Source: an uncultured delta proteobacterium
GTDB taxonomy: Bacteria > Desulfobacterota > Binatia > Binatales > Binataceae
Direction: 5' to 3'
NCBI GenBank assembly: GCA_963842085.1
Contig: CAWJET010000001.1
Span: 1,024,001 to 1,088,000, forward strand
Length of the DNA: 64,000 nucleotides
Part shown: positions 11,209 to 21,149 of the stretch, piece by piece
Layout of the letters: every line of letters starts with the position of its first letter
How positions within the stretch are numbered: position 1 is the first letter of the stretch
Notes under the pieces: model-generated
Told to the model about the DNA's origin: nothing
The model's input: the letters and a program-made list of their open reading frames with translations, nothing else
Database searches by the model: none
Position numbers and translations under genes: made by a program

Positions 11209-11655
11209 ATGGCGATCCACATCCGGAACGCCACAGGTCGCGACCTGCCCCGTATCATCGAGATCGAGCGGCTGGCCTTTCCCGCCCCCTGGACCCCGGC
11301 CTCTTTTCAACGTGAGCTGACCCTGCCGTTCTCGCGCATCATGGTCGCGCTGCCGTCCACAAGCCCGCAGATTTCCGGCTTCCTCTGCCGATGGCTGATT
11401 GCCGACGAATGTCATGTCCTCAATATCGCCGTCCATCCGGAGTCGCGCCGGCTGGGGATCGGGACCGTGCTGATTTCAGAGGCGATCAGCGAGGCAAGAT
11501 CGACGGGTGCTGGCGTGGTTACACTGGAAGTTCGCCGTTCGAATCTGGCTGCCAGGCAGCTTTATCGTAAGTTTGGATTTGAAGAACGGCGTTTGAGGCG
11601 CCACTACTACGGCCCCGGCGAAGACGCAATCATTATGGAGCTCCGGTTCAATTGA
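11209..11655 (+). CDS. rimI: Ribosomal protein S18 alanine N-acetyltransferase
   Basis: HVLNIAVHP, LEVRRSN..AR.LY..FGF, YY...EDAIIM. Confidence 0.9.
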   Translation: MAIHIRNATGRDLPRIIEIERLAFPAPWTPASFQRELTLPFSRIMVALPSTSPQISGFLCRWLIADECHVLNIAVHPESRRLGIGTVLISEAISEARSTGAGVVTLEVRRSNLAARQLYRKFGFEERRLRRHYYGPGEDAIIMELRFN

Positions 11656-11725
11656 TCTTTTTGTCATCTGATTACGAACGCTGTTCTACCACGGGTGAAA
11701 TCCCGGTTTCCTTTTGATACTGGGG

Positions 11726-11754
11726 TTACAAATCAAGTAATTTTGTGGCATAAT
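11726..11754 (+). promoter_or_regulatory. Putative sigma70 promoter of carD
   Basis: TTACAA-17 nt-CATAAT in an AT-rich spacer. Confidence 0.4.
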
Positions 11755-11817
11755 AGTATTCACATTCTAGGCTGATCGGATCGGTGATGAACCAGTGAAC
11801 TGCGCGGTCATCAACTC

Positions 11818-12354
11818 ATGTCCGAAATCCAGAGCCTGTTATCGAGTGCCATTACCGCAATGAATTTGCCGTTCAAGAAAGGTGAAAAGGTGGTTTACCC
11901 CGCCCATGGGGTGGCCGTCATCGAAGACATCCAGATGCGAGTCATTTCCGGGACGGAGCGGCGTTTTTACATGCTCCGGATTCTCGGCACCGAGAAGATG
12001 ACCATCATGATCCCGACCGAGAACGTCGAGTCGGTGGGACTGCGGCGCGTTATCGGCAAAGATATGGTGGAAAAGATCTACCGTATCCTGCGCCAGCGCA
12101 AGGTTGAGGTCGATACGCAGACCTGGAACCGGCGCTATCGCGAATACACGGAAAAGATCAAGACCGGTTCTCCGCTGGAGATCGCCAAGGTGCTGCGCGA
12201 CCTGCTGGTGCTCAAGGGCGACAAGGAATTGTCGTTCGGCGAGCGCAAGATGCTCGACACGGCGCGATCCTTGCTGGTGAAGGAATTGTCGATCGCCAAG
12301 GCGCATCCGGAAGAAAAAATCATGGAAGAGCTGAAGACGATCTTCGCGAACTAG
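11818..12354 (+). CDS. CarD/CdnL family RNA polymerase-binding regulator (alternative start 11860)
   Basis: FKKGEKVVYPAHGV, WNRRYRE..EKIKTG, LSFGERKML; carD-ispD synteny. Confidence 0.93.
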   Translation: MSEIQSLLSSAITAMNLPFKKGEKVVYPAHGVAVIEDIQMRVISGTERRFYMLRILGTEKMTIMIPTENVESVGLRRVIGKDMVEKIYRILRQRKVEVDTQTWNRRYREYTEKIKTGSPLEIAKVLRDLLVLKGDKELSFGERKMLDTARSLLVKELSIAKAHPEEKIMEELKTIFAN

Positions 12355-12382
12355 CCGACGCGCTCCATCCAAAGGCGTGAAT

Positions 12383-12414
12383 AAGGCCGGGAATTTCTCC
12401 CGGCCTTCTCTTTT
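12383..12414 (+). terminator. Intrinsic terminator after carD
   Basis: AAGGCCGGGA/TCCCGGCCTT stem followed by CTCTTTT. Confidence 0.7.
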
Positions 12415-12533
12415 GGCGAAGGCGCTTGCGATTTTGTTGAAGGTGAAGATTCGGTGTGCGAGTCTCGGCGAGATGGCGAAGCAGCGAAACGGAATATTTT
12501 TGCTCGCCGCAATTCGCTGTGGGCAACAGTAAA

Positions 12534-13220
12534 TTGACGGCTTCGGCGATCATCGTTGCGGCGGGCAGCGGGGTGCGGCTTGGGTCGAGCGCGCCCAAGG
12601 CCTTTGTGAAGCTCGGCGGCCGCACGATGCTCTCGTATTCGCTCGCGGCTGTTGGTCAAGTCAGTTCGATTGGCGAAATTGTGATCGCGGTTCCCGAAGG
12701 ATTCGAAAATGCGGCGCGCGCGGAAGGCGCGGCTGCCGGGCTGGGCGTGCCGGTCAAGATTACGCCGGGCGGTATCGAGCGGCAGGATTCGGTTCGAATC
12801 GCGCTGGGACTTACCAGTTCGGAAAGCGAACTGGTGATCGTTCACGACGCGGCGCGCCCGCTGGCGACGCCGGCAATTTTCGAGGCGTGCCTGAGTGCCG
12901 CAGCGCGCGCCGGCGGTGCGATCGCGGCGATACCGATGGCCGACACTTTGAAGCGCGTCGCGGACAACGGCAGCGCGATCGTGGCGACCGTCGCGCGGGC
13001 CGGACTGTGGCAAGCGCAAACCCCGCAGGCATTTCGCCGCGCGTTGCTGGTCGCGGCGCATCAGCAGGCAGTCGGCAGCGGAATCGTCGCGACCGACGAC
13101 GCGGATTTGGTCGAACGGACGGGCGCTCGCGTCGAAGTGGTCGAAGGCTCGACCGCCAACATCAAGATCACGACGCCATCCGATCTCGCGATAGTCGAGG
13201 CAATCATCGCGGCGCGTTAA
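12534..13220 (+). CDS. ispD: 2-C-methyl-D-erythritol 4-phosphate cytidylyltransferase (start uncertain, TTG)
   Basis: AAGSG.R, PKAF, GG.ERQDSV, HDAARP, QTPQ, TDD, NIKITTP.D. Confidence 0.93.
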   Translation: MTASAIIVAAGSGVRLGSSAPKAFVKLGGRTMLSYSLAAVGQVSSIGEIVIAVPEGFENAARAEGAAAGLGVPVKITPGGIERQDSVRIALGLTSSESELVIVHDAARPLATPAIFEACLSAAARAGGAIAAIPMADTLKRVADNGSAIVATVARAGLWQAQTPQAFRRALLVAAHQQAVGSGIVATDDADLVERTGARVEVVEGSTANIKITTPSDLAIVEAIIAAR

Positions 13221-14884
13221 TCCCGCGGGCGGGCGGGGGGGCGGTAGATTCGCCCCTCACCCTCCTCCGCTTGCTCGACCTCCTGCCCCGGCTGGATCAC
13301 GTCAACTGATATTACCCCGGCCGGCCTGACCCTGTTCGCCGCCCCGCGCCGCCGCATCCGCGCGGCATACCCGATGCTCACGGCCAGCCGCAGCATCAGC
13401 AGGATCGTGAATATCTGGCAGAGATGGCCGAACCAGTCGTCGGTGCGCGAGTAAATTGTTCGACCGGTGCCGAGCGGCAGGTTGGCGGTTGCCAGAACGT
13501 CATCGCCATGCACGGTCGCGCCCAACGCTAGCTCGCGGCCGCGAGAATCAGTCGCCGAGACGATGCCGCCGCTGGCCGCGCGCGCGAGCGAGAAGCCCGC
13601 TTCGACGCCGCGCACCACCGCCATCCGCTGGTGAATCAGTTCCGAACCCGGCCAATCCGACGCAGGCGCCATCACCACGCGCACATCATGCGCCGCGAGT
13701 TGGCGCGCGGTATCGGGAAAATCAAGGTCCTGGGAAATCAGCACCGCGGTGCGTCCCCATGGCGCGTCGAAGATCGCGGGTTGCGAGCCGGGCTTGTAGT
13801 CCCACTCGAGGCTCGCGATCAGATGATGCTTGGCGTAGGTCGCGGCGATCTTGCCATCGGGATCGAATACGACTGCGATGTTTCTTTTGGGCGTGCGCCC
13901 GATCTGATTGAGCCCGACCACCAGCCAGACGTGCGACATGCTGGCGATTCGCTGGAATCCCTGAACGACATCCCACTCGTAGCTCGGGGCGACGCCAACG
14001 ATCTTTTCGGGCATGACGACGACTTGCGCACCATCGGCAGCCGCTTGACGCACCAGCCTGGCGTACTGCCCGACGACTTCGGCGGCGTCGCTCACGTCGG
14101 TGGACTCGGACTCCGGCGTCAGGCCCTTGCTGGCAACCATTGCGACCCGCACCGACGGGGTGGTGGGCGTGGCAATCATGCGAATCAACCCCAGCAGGAC
14201 CGCCAGCGCGAAAACGCCCACTCCCATGATCGCGGGATACCGTCCGCCCATGTTCCATCGCCGCCGATACCACGCGACCGCCAGCCCCGACGGCAACAGC
14301 GACATTATGAACATCACGCCGCACAAGCCGAGCCACGACGCCGTCTGCAGCAACGGGATGAAATCGACTTGCGAGTAGGCGGGGCTGCCCCAGGTGCCGT
14401 GGGGAGATACTCCGGCGAGGGCAAAATAAAAGGCGGTTTCAAAGGTCGGGAAGACCAGCGCGGCAAGCACCCCCGACCATCGCCGCGTCGCCTCGGCCGC
14501 GCACGCCACGAAGGTCGCAAACACGATTGCGCCGCCGATGTGCGACGCAAACATCGTCAGCAGCGGCACGGCGAAACTCTCGCCACCCCAGGTCACCAGG
14601 TTGCCGACGAAGTAGGCGATAAACGCGAGCTGCGCCGCCGTTTCGGTGCGGAATTCGGGCGCCGCCGCGAGAATCGGCAGCGACGCCAACAGCGCGCACG
14701 TCCACAGCAGCGGCTCCGCGCCAGCCAGTTCGTAGAGCAAGGCCGTGGCCACTACAGAGAGGGCGGCAACCGTGAGACCGTCCGGCGGAGCGTTCGGACC
14801 GCCGGATATGTCTTGACCGGCGAAACGAACCGACGACCTAAGGTCACGCAGCCGCGCCGAATCGAAGATAGGGCGGCCGGCCAT
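13217..14884 (-). CDS. Lnt-like membrane carbon-nitrogen hydrolase with Ser at the nucleophile position
   Basis: Multi-TM N-terminus, YSQ motif, VMPEK, YAKHHL, LISQDLDFP, RGVEAG. Confidence 0.75.
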   Translation of the reverse strand: MAGRPIFDSARLRDLRSSVRFAGQDISGGPNAPPDGLTVAALSVVATALLYELAGAEPLLWTCALLASLPILAAAPEFRTETAAQLAFIAYFVGNLVTWGGESFAVPLLTMFASHIGGAIVFATFVACAAEATRRWSGVLAALVFPTFETAFYFALAGVSPHGTWGSPAYSQVDFIPLLQTASWLGLCGVMFIMSLLPSGLAVAWYRRRWNMGGRYPAIMGVGVFALAVLLGLIRMIATPTTPSVRVAMVASKGLTPESESTDVSDAAEVVGQYARLVRQAAADGAQVVVMPEKIVGVAPSYEWDVVQGFQRIASMSHVWLVVGLNQIGRTPKRNIAVVFDPDGKIAATYAKHHLIASLEWDYKPGSQPAIFDAPWGRTAVLISQDLDFPDTARQLAAHDVRVVMAPASDWPGSELIHQRMAVVRGVEAGFSLARAASGGIVSATDSRGRELALGATVHGDDVLATANLPLGTGRTIYSRTDDWFGHLCQIFTILLMLRLAVSIGYAARMRRRGAANRVRPAGVISVDVIQPGQEVEQAEEGEGRIYRPPARPRD

Positions 14885-14888
14885 GCGC

Positions 14889-15758
14889 TTAGACTTGATT
14901 GCGCGGCGGGCGAATCGGATTCGCCGTCTCGACCGCGCCGGGATTCAGACCTTCGTTCAACGAACCGGAGCGAAAGCCCTTCAGATCGATCGCGACGAAC
15001 CGAAAGCCGATCGCTTTGAACTCGCGATCGATGGTTTCGCGGAGCGCGGGCTCGAAGACGCGCGCGATCTGGGTTTGCTCGAGCTCGAGCCGCGCGACGT
15101 CGCCATGGTAGCGCACGCGCGCTACGGCGAAGCCCATCGAATGCAGCAGCTTCTCACCCGCCGCCACTTTTCGAAGCCCCGCGGGCGTTATCTCGGTGCC
15201 GTACGGAAAGCGCGACGACAGGCACGGCGACGCCGGACGATCCCAGGTCGGCAATCCCATCGCGCGCGACAGCGCGCGCACATCGGCCTTGGTCATCTCG
15301 GCTTCGACAATCGGATGGCGCACGCGGTTCTCGCGGGCAGCCTGCATCCCGGGGCGATAATCGCGCAGGTCGTCGAGGTTAAGGCCGTCCACTATCTGGT
15401 CGATACCAAGCTCGGCGGCCTTGGCCTCGCAAACCGTGAACAGGTTGTGCTTGCACAGGTAGCATCGGTTGAGCGGATTCGCCGCGTAGCCGGGGATCTC
15501 GAGCTCGTTGGATTCGACGATCAGGTGGCGCGCGCCGATCAAGCGCGCCATCGCGAGCGCCGAGTCGCGATCCTCGTCGGGCATCGTGGGCGACGTGGTC
15601 GTCAGCGCGAGCACGGAATCGCCAATTGCGTCGTGCGCGACTTTGAGCACGAAGGTGGAATCGACGCCGCCGGAAAACGCGACGATAAGACTCCGCATCG
15701 GCGCAAATATCGCACGCATCCGCTCCAGCTTCGCGTCGAGAGTCTTATCCAATCGCAT
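14889..15758 (-). CDS. larE: LarE-family ATP-dependent sulfur transferase
   Basis: PP-loop SGGVDS, RCYLCK, DD..DYRPG, SPCLSSR. Confidence 0.88.
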   Translation of the reverse strand: MRLDKTLDAKLERMRAIFAPMRSLIVAFSGGVDSTFVLKVAHDAIGDSVLALTTTSPTMPDEDRDSALAMARLIGARHLIVESNELEIPGYAANPLNRCYLCKHNLFTVCEAKAAELGIDQIVDGLNLDDLRDYRPGMQAARENRVRHPIVEAEMTKADVRALSRAMGLPTWDRPASPCLSSRFPYGTEITPAGLRKVAAGEKLLHSMGFAVARVRYHGDVARLELEQTQIARVFEPALRETIDREFKAIGFRFVAIDLKGFRSGSLNEGLNPGAVETANPIRPPRNQV

Positions 15759-15767
15759 CACTCGTCG

Positions 15768-16703
15768 TCAGATCCCTTCGGCCTGGAAAAGATCGGTCGT
15801 AAGGTACCGCTCGCCGGTGTCGCAGAAAACCACCACCACGACGTTGCCCTTGCCGAGCCGCTGCGCTATCTGCAGGGCGGCGCAGCAGTGAGCGCCGGAT
15901 GAGATGCCCACCAGCAGGCCCTCTTCGCGCGCCAGACGGCGCGAGAACAGGGTCGCGTCCTCGTCGCTCACGGCGATGATCTCGTCGTAAACTTTGGTGT
16001 CGAGATTGCTCGGCACAAAGCCGGCGCCGATGCCCTGGATCTTGTGAAAGCCCGGCTCGCCGCCCGACAGCACCGGCGAGTTTTTCGGCTCGACGGCGAC
16101 GATCAAAACTCTTTTGTCGAGATGCTCGCGCAGGTAGTGGCCCGCGCCCGTGATCGTGCCGCCGGTGCCGACGCCGGCGATAAAGGCGTCGATGCGCGCG
16201 AACTGCTGGAGCAGCTCGGGCCCGGTGCATCGATAGTGGATGTCAGGATTGGCGGCGTTGCTGAATTGCTGCGGCATGAAGTAGCGGGGGTTCTCGCGGC
16301 ACAGTTCCTCGGCCTTGGCGATCGCGCCATGCATCCCGCGCGTGTCCGGCGTCAGCACCAGCTTGGCGCCGTAAGCAACCAGCAGAGAGCGCCGCTCCTC
16401 GCTCATCGTGTCGGGCATCGTGAGGATCAGGTTGTAACCCTTAACGGCGGCGACCAGCGCGAGCCCGATCCCGGTGTTGCCCGAGGTCGGCTCGACAATA
16501 GTATCGCCTGGCTTGAGCCGCCCTGACTTCTCCGCCGCCTCGACCATGGCGAGACAAATCCGGTCTTTGACGCTGCCGCCGGGATTGAAGTTTTCGAGCT
16601 TGGCCCAAATTTCAGCGTCGTTCTTGCCCGGGATGCGATTGAGCCGCACGACCGGCGTGTTACCGATAAGCTCAAGCGGCGACTGCGCAACGCTGATAGG
16701 CAT
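15768..16703 (-). CDS. cysK: Cysteine synthase
   Basis: [39 protein letters not shown]. Confidence 0.95.
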   Translation of the reverse strand: MPISVAQSPLELIGNTPVVRLNRIPGKNDAEIWAKLENFNPGGSVKDRICLAMVEAAEKSGRLKPGDTIVEPTSGNTGIGLALVAAVKGYNLILTMPDTMSEERRSLLVAYGAKLVLTPDTRGMHGAIAKAEELCRENPRYFMPQQFSNAANPDIHYRCTGPELLQQFARIDAFIAGVGTGGTITGAGHYLREHLDKRVLIVAVEPKNSPVLSGGEPGFHKIQGIGAGFVPSNLDTKVYDEIIAVSDEDATLFSRRLAREEGLLVGISSGAHCCAALQIAQRLGKGNVVVVVFCDTGERYLTTDLFQAEGI

Positions 16704-17140
16704 GGCTGCGATTGTAGCCGGAAAACGTCGGCGCTTGGAATGCGAAGTTGATCGGTTACGAGCAGGCAACCTGAGTCGCACGAGCAGGCGACCGAGCGGC
16801 GTCTGAAGAGGAGTCGCAGGTTTGGGCCGTGGCGAAAAACGACATAATTCGTCGTCCGGCAGCAGTGATGTTGGTCGAAATCGGCCCAGATCCGGTGAAA
16901 GTAGAAAAGGCGAAAACGACCGATTTCTACTATACGTAGTAGTTTGGTGATAGGGTACCCACAATCGGTGGGTTCGTTCCGTCAAAATTAGTTTTTTTCG
17001 CGGCGAGGCAGGCTCGGCGGACGATCGCGAAGGGGAAGTGAGGGCCGGGCGCGCTCGGTGAGCGGTGGCCATGGTGGAGAGTGTAGCAGGTTTGGAGATG
17101 GTCGCGTAAGGCGGAGTCGAGGGACGCCGGATCTTTTTTC

Positions 17141-17222
17141 TTCCCCTCGCCCTGCATGGGAGGGGATGAAGGTGAGGGCCCGAATACAGCGCGCGACTTC
17201 TTTTGCGCGCGATTCAAGATTC
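17141..17222. repeat. REP-like composite repeat family A, copy 1 (inverted relative to copies 2 and 3)
   Basis: Reverse complement reads GAATCTTGAATCGCGCG...TCGCGCGCTG...CCCTCACCTTC...CCC..GGG.GAGGG, as at 19516 and 22883. Confidence 0.8.
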
Positions 17223-17258
17223 CGCCTCCGCATTCCTAACTCTCCGCTTCTGTCTTTG

Positions 17259-17288
17259 TGTCATTCAGAGCGAAGCGAAGAATCCCGG
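17259..17288. repeat. REP-like repeat family C, copy 1
   Basis: TGTCATTCAGAGCGAAGCGAAGAATCCCGG, reverse complement of the copies at 22741 and 22986 (1 mismatch). Confidence 0.85.
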
Positions 17289-17536
17289 GGCCTTCTTCCC
17301 CTCGCCCCACGAGGTGCGGAAGAGAGAAAGTGTCCCCGGATGGAATGTTGAAAAGAAGGGAATTCGGCAACGCCTAGAGTCGTACAAATTTTCTTCTGCC
17401 GTCAGCGATGCTTTGATCCGCCACGACGCAGCGTCGAAGGATTTCCCCAAATGAACTTACTAAGCTAGAACGTTCAAGGTCATGGGAGAAGAGGATTCAT
17501 ATACTCGAACTGGCCTGCCCCCCGATGCCCGTCAGA

Positions 17537-18394
17537 TTATAAGTAGAGTCGGTCGTGGTTTTGGCCCTCTCGGGGCGGTTGCTGTTGCTGTCTTTTAAGC
17601 ATGGCGAACTCGATTGGTGTCAATGCGCCGAGGCTGCTGTGTGGTCGGAGGTGATTGTAGTCGTAACGCCACGCTTCGATGGTCTCGCGCGCTTCGGCCA
17701 GGGTGAGGAAAACGTGCTCGTTGAGGCATTCGTCGCGCAGCCGGCTGTTGAACGATTCGACGAAAGCGTTCTGCACCGGCTTGCCGGGTTCGATGTATTG
17801 CCACTCCAGTCGCCCGGTGGCCCAACGCAGCACTGCGCAGCTGGTGAGCTCGGTCCCGTTGTCGCTAACCACCATCCGTGGCAGTGCGCGCTCAGCTGTT
17901 AGCCGGTCCAGTTCGCGCACCACGCGCACCCCGCCCAGTGAAGTGTCCACCACCGTGGCCAGGCATTCGCGGCTGAAGTCGTCGACCACGCATAGGATGC
18001 GGAAGCGCCGCCCGTCGCTCAGTGCGTCGGCCACGAAGTCCAGTGACCACCGTTGGTTGATCGCGCCCGGTAGCGTCATCGGCGTCCTGGTTCCCAGCGC
18101 GCGCTTGCGCCCTCTGCGCCGGCGTACCATGAGCTTTTCCTCGCGGTACAACCGATAGAGCTTCTTGCGGTTCAGCACGTGACCTTCCCTCTCCAGCAGC
18201 CAGCCCAGGCTCCGATAGCCAAAACGTCTGCGCTCAGCGGCCAGCTCGCGCAGCCGCTGCCGCAGCAGCGAATCGTCCGGCCGCCGCGGCCGATAGTGCA
18301 TGCTCGAGCGATTGAGTCCGACCAGCCTGCATGCGCGCACCTGGCTCAGCCCGCGCTGCTCGACCAGTCGAGCAACCGCCGCCTTCCGCGCCAC
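17537..18394 (-). CDS. IS3 transposase OrfB (DDE)
   Basis: [34 protein letters not shown]; reached by -1 frameshift at A6C near 18406-18412. Confidence 0.93.
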   Translation of the reverse strand: MARKAAVARLVEQRGLSQVRACRLVGLNRSSMHYRPRRPDDSLLRQRLRELAAERRRFGYRSLGWLLEREGHVLNRKKLYRLYREEKLMVRRRRGRKRALGTRTPMTLPGAINQRWSLDFVADALSDGRRFRILCVVDDFSRECLATVVDTSLGGVRVVRELDRLTAERALPRMVVSDNGTELTSCAVLRWATGRLEWQYIEPGKPVQNAFVESFNSRLRDECLNEHVFLTLAEARETIEAWRYDYNHLRPHSSLGALTPIEFAMLKRQQQQPPREGQNHDRLYL

Positions 18395-18399
18395 AGGCT

Positions 18400-18666
18400 T
18401 CAGACGTTTTTTCCGAGCAGGTCCTTCAGCGCTGAGTTGTCCAGCATTGCTTCGGCCAGCAGCTTCTTCAGCCGCCGGTTCTCATCCTCCAGCGACTTCA
18501 GGCGGCGCGCCTCGGATACGTCGAGCCCGCCGTACTTCGCTTTCCACTTGTAAAAGGTCGCGCTTGAGATCCCGTGGCGGCGGCAAACCTCCTCGGTCTT
18601 CGCCCCCGCCTCATGTTCGCGCAGCACCCCGATGATCTGCTCCTCGCTGAATCGGCTGCCTTTCAT
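18400..18666 (-). CDS. IS3 transposase OrfA (HTH)
   Basis: [33 protein letters not shown]. Confidence 0.93.
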   Translation of the reverse strand: MKGSRFSEEQIIGVLREHEAGAKTEEVCRRHGISSATFYKWKAKYGGLDVSEARRLKSLEDENRRLKKLLAEAMLDNSALKDLLGKNV

Positions 18667-19515
18667 TGCCCGTCTCCTTTCTGTCGACGGACTCTACCTC
18701 AAAACTGCTGGGCGTTAGGGGGTCAGGCCAGAACTATTAGCTCGCTGGAATATGCGGCTCGAGTTTATGAAAACCGACAGATTTTTCTTCTCAATTTCGG
18801 ATCTAGCTATAGATTATTCGATATTCTACTGCAGCGACTTCAGTCGGTTTGGATTCGAGTCGCTCGCGAGCGTGATAAGCAAGGGCATTCCCATCTTGGG
18901 CTGCTGATGCCCGCAACAATCCTCGAAAACCATCTTCTCCTTGGGTTCGACCACTTGGCCAGCTATCAGAGTTTTTTTGCGTGGCCGGCCTTCCGTCCCG
19001 GATTAGAAGCGTTACTGTTTATCGGCAAGTGGGTTGATGATCCGAGCGTTGTCCAGATTTGGAAAGATCGGCACGATCGCCGGGATCAGTATCGCCGCCT
19101 TTTCTCTGGGCGGGGACTGATCTCGCGCTCTCTTCCTCGTAGTGCGGAGTTTCGCGCGGTGCTGAATCGTATGAATGATGAATATCTGCACCCGAACTCA
19201 GATTTCGGATACAGACAAACTCGTGTTCGTTCCGCGTCACCTGAAACTATGGTGCTAGAGAGCCCCTTGTTTGATCGAGACCCCGTGATTCACGAGGCAC
19301 ATCTTCTGGCGTATCTACATCTGTCTGAATTGATATGCGCAAGCAGCGTGACTTTGCTGACGAACCTTCTAGGCAAAAGTGGGAAAGCAGAAATGAGCGA
19401 GGTCTCAGTGAACAGTAATCGCGCTAAAGAGATTGCTCGGGCGCATGAGGGCGCTAAAAGGGTGATGGAAGAACTCGGGCTATTCAGATTTTAGCCGGGC
19501 CAAAATCCGGACGCA

Positions 19516-19597
19516 GAATCTTGAATCGCGCGCGGAAAAGAATCGCGCGCTGGACAACGACCCTCACCTTCATCCTCTCCCTTACAGGGCGAAGGGA
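19516..19597. repeat. REP-like composite repeat family A, copy 2
   Basis: GAATCTTGAATCGCGCG...AATCGCGCGCTG...CCCTCACCTTCATCCTCTCCC..AGGGCGAAGGG. Confidence 0.8.
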
Positions 19598-19741
19598 TTA
19601 AGAGCGGAGGCGGGAAAGAAAGCTCGGGTCCCTCAGCTCGGGATGACGGAATGTCAAAGTATTCGTGTTTTGTTCTCCTGAACTAAAAGGGGATTAGTAG
19701 GTTGTTGACACCGTCATGGGAAAAATGTAATTATTGAATGC

Positions 19742-19978
19742 ATGTCGGACTACAGCGACTATAACGAGCAGTTGCGAAGGATTCGAGAACTGCTAATAGC
19801 GCTCGGCGAAGTGATAGATGACCTGACCTCAGAGGATTGGGATTCGTGGACTGAACTGAGGCGACGCCTTCCGCACGAAAAGCCAGCCGATAGTAAGCTG
19901 CTCAGGCTCAGGCACGAAACAGACGACCTGAAAAGAATGGGAGATGATTTAATTCGCATTCTCATGAGACACGAGTGA
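19742..19978 (+). CDS. Small helical hypothetical protein inside IS1595
   Basis: 78-aa ORF filling the gap between IRL and transposase, 6 nt before the tnp ATG. Confidence 0.55.
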   Translation: MSDYSDYNEQLRRIRELLIALGEVIDDLTSEDWDSWTELRRRLPHEKPADSKLLRLRHETDDLKRMGDDLIRILMRHE

Positions 19979-19984
19979 ACTACG

Positions 19985-20917
19985 ATGCAAACGTTGGATG
20001 CTTTCGACAAACGGTTTCCGGACGATAACGCCTGCAAGCAGTATCTCAAAGCGATGCGCTGGCCCGATGCCGTGCGCTGCCCGCGCTGCAAGAGCGAAAA
20101 GATATTCGAGCTAAAGGCACGCCCATTCAATTGGGTCTGCAAGAGCGGCGCGACCAGCAACGATCCGCACACTGGCAAGCTGGTGCTGTGCGACAAGCAA
20201 AACGGCTATCGCTTCTCGATCATCACGCATACGATTTTTGAGAATACCAAGCGCCCGCTCCGGTCGTGGTTCAAGATCGCGTTCCTGATGCTCGTCTCGA
20301 AGAAGGGGGTATCGGCCTTGCAGCTTCATCGCATGATGTACGGCTCGAAGCATCTGAACAATTACCATACGACTTGGTATCAGTGCATGAGACTGCGCGC
20401 CGCCATGAAAGATTCCGAGTGGGAACAACTGATGGGCGTGGTCGAGATCGATGAGGTCTATCTTGGCGGTCTGGAGCGCAACAAGCACAAGAGCGAACGC
20501 ACCAACCGGCGCGGGCTTGCCGGAAAGACCGAAGTGATCGGGGCCATCGCCCGCAAAGGCAACGTGGTCTGCCAGATGGTCGAGGATGCGGATTTCCGCA
20601 CGTATGACGATTTCGTCCGAAAAACGGTTTCGGGTAGAGTCGATCTAATCGCGACTGATGAGAGTTTCCGCTATCGCCATCTGAATCGGATGGGCTTCAA
20701 GCACGATTTCGTCACGCACAAGAACGATGAGTTCGTACGGGGCAAAGTCCATACGCAGACGATTGAGTCGTTCTGGTCGTTGCTCCGGCGCGGCATCATG
20801 GGCAGCTACCATAAGGTGAGCAAGGATTATCTGCCGCTGTATTTGAGCGAGTTTACTTATCGCCACAATCGGAGAAACGCAGACGATCCGTTTGCGGAGT
20901 TAATATCAAACGCGTAG
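19985..20917 (+). CDS. IS1595-family transposase
   Basis: RWP...CPRC Zn ribbon, KKGVSALQL, VEIDEVY, TDE, HTQTIESFW, YLSEF.YR.N.R. Confidence 0.95.
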   Translation: MQTLDAFDKRFPDDNACKQYLKAMRWPDAVRCPRCKSEKIFELKARPFNWVCKSGATSNDPHTGKLVLCDKQNGYRFSIITHTIFENTKRPLRSWFKIAFLMLVSKKGVSALQLHRMMYGSKHLNNYHTTWYQCMRLRAAMKDSEWEQLMGVVEIDEVYLGGLERNKHKSERTNRRGLAGKTEVIGAIARKGNVVCQMVEDADFRTYDDFVRKTVSGRVDLIATDESFRYRHLNRMGFKHDFVTHKNDEFVRGKVHTQTIESFWSLLRRGIMGSYHKVSKDYLPLYLSEFTYRHNRRNADDPFAELISNA

Positions 20918-20956
20918 CGGTTGCGCGTGTGCCCGTCGCTTCGGTAACGTGGCGAC

Positions 20957-21130
20957 GTGGCAACAAAGTCAGATTCACCGGCAATCAAGCGAAAGACAAA
21001 AGAACTCCGCGCCGCACTCGCAAATCCCGATATGGTGGAGTTCGATCGGATGATGCGGCATTTGACTAACGTGCCGAAATCGAAGATCGACGCTAACGAG
21101 AAAAAGATGCGGGGCAAGTCTGCTAGATAG
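20957..21130 (+). CDS. 57-aa basic microprotein downstream of the transposase (not in ORF track)
   Basis: GTG start; MATKSDSPAIKRKTKELRAALANPDMVEFDRMMRHLTNVPKSKIDANEKKMRGKSAR. Confidence 0.5.
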   Translation: MATKSDSPAIKRKTKELRAALANPDMVEFDRMMRHLTNVPKSKIDANEKKMRGKSAR

Positions 21131-21149
21131 AAGGACCGCTCGCTCTTTT

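Larger units (their letters stand above)
17511..18730 (-). mobile_element. IS3-family insertion sequence (IS407-like), complete, 1220 bp
   Basis: TG..CA ends, imperfect IRs of about 45 bp (TGGCCTG.CCCCC...GTAGAGTC.GTCG), 4-bp TSD GAAC at 17507-17510 and 18731-18734. Confidence 0.95.
17482..19494 (+). pseudogene. Hypothetical (HEPN/DUF5677-like) gene interrupted by IS3 in codon 10
   Basis: Removing IS3 and one GAAC joins MGEEDSYTR to TISSLEY... in frame (262 aa); RPGLE and RMNDEYLHP motifs. Confidence 0.75.

Noticed and set aside
16704-17072. 123-aa N-terminal extension of CysK in the ORF track
   Set aside because: Homology starts at MPISVAQ (16703); the extension is low-complexity intergenic read-through.
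18574-18730. N-terminal part of the 306-aa ORF 18574-19494
   Set aside because: It is IS3 sequence read on the opposite strand; the real start is at 17482, before the insertion.
19648-19656. CGGAATGTC shared with 62498-62506 as a common IS end
   Set aside because: The IR and TSD of the first IS1595 are defined at 19689, so this 9-mer lies outside it; probably coincidence.
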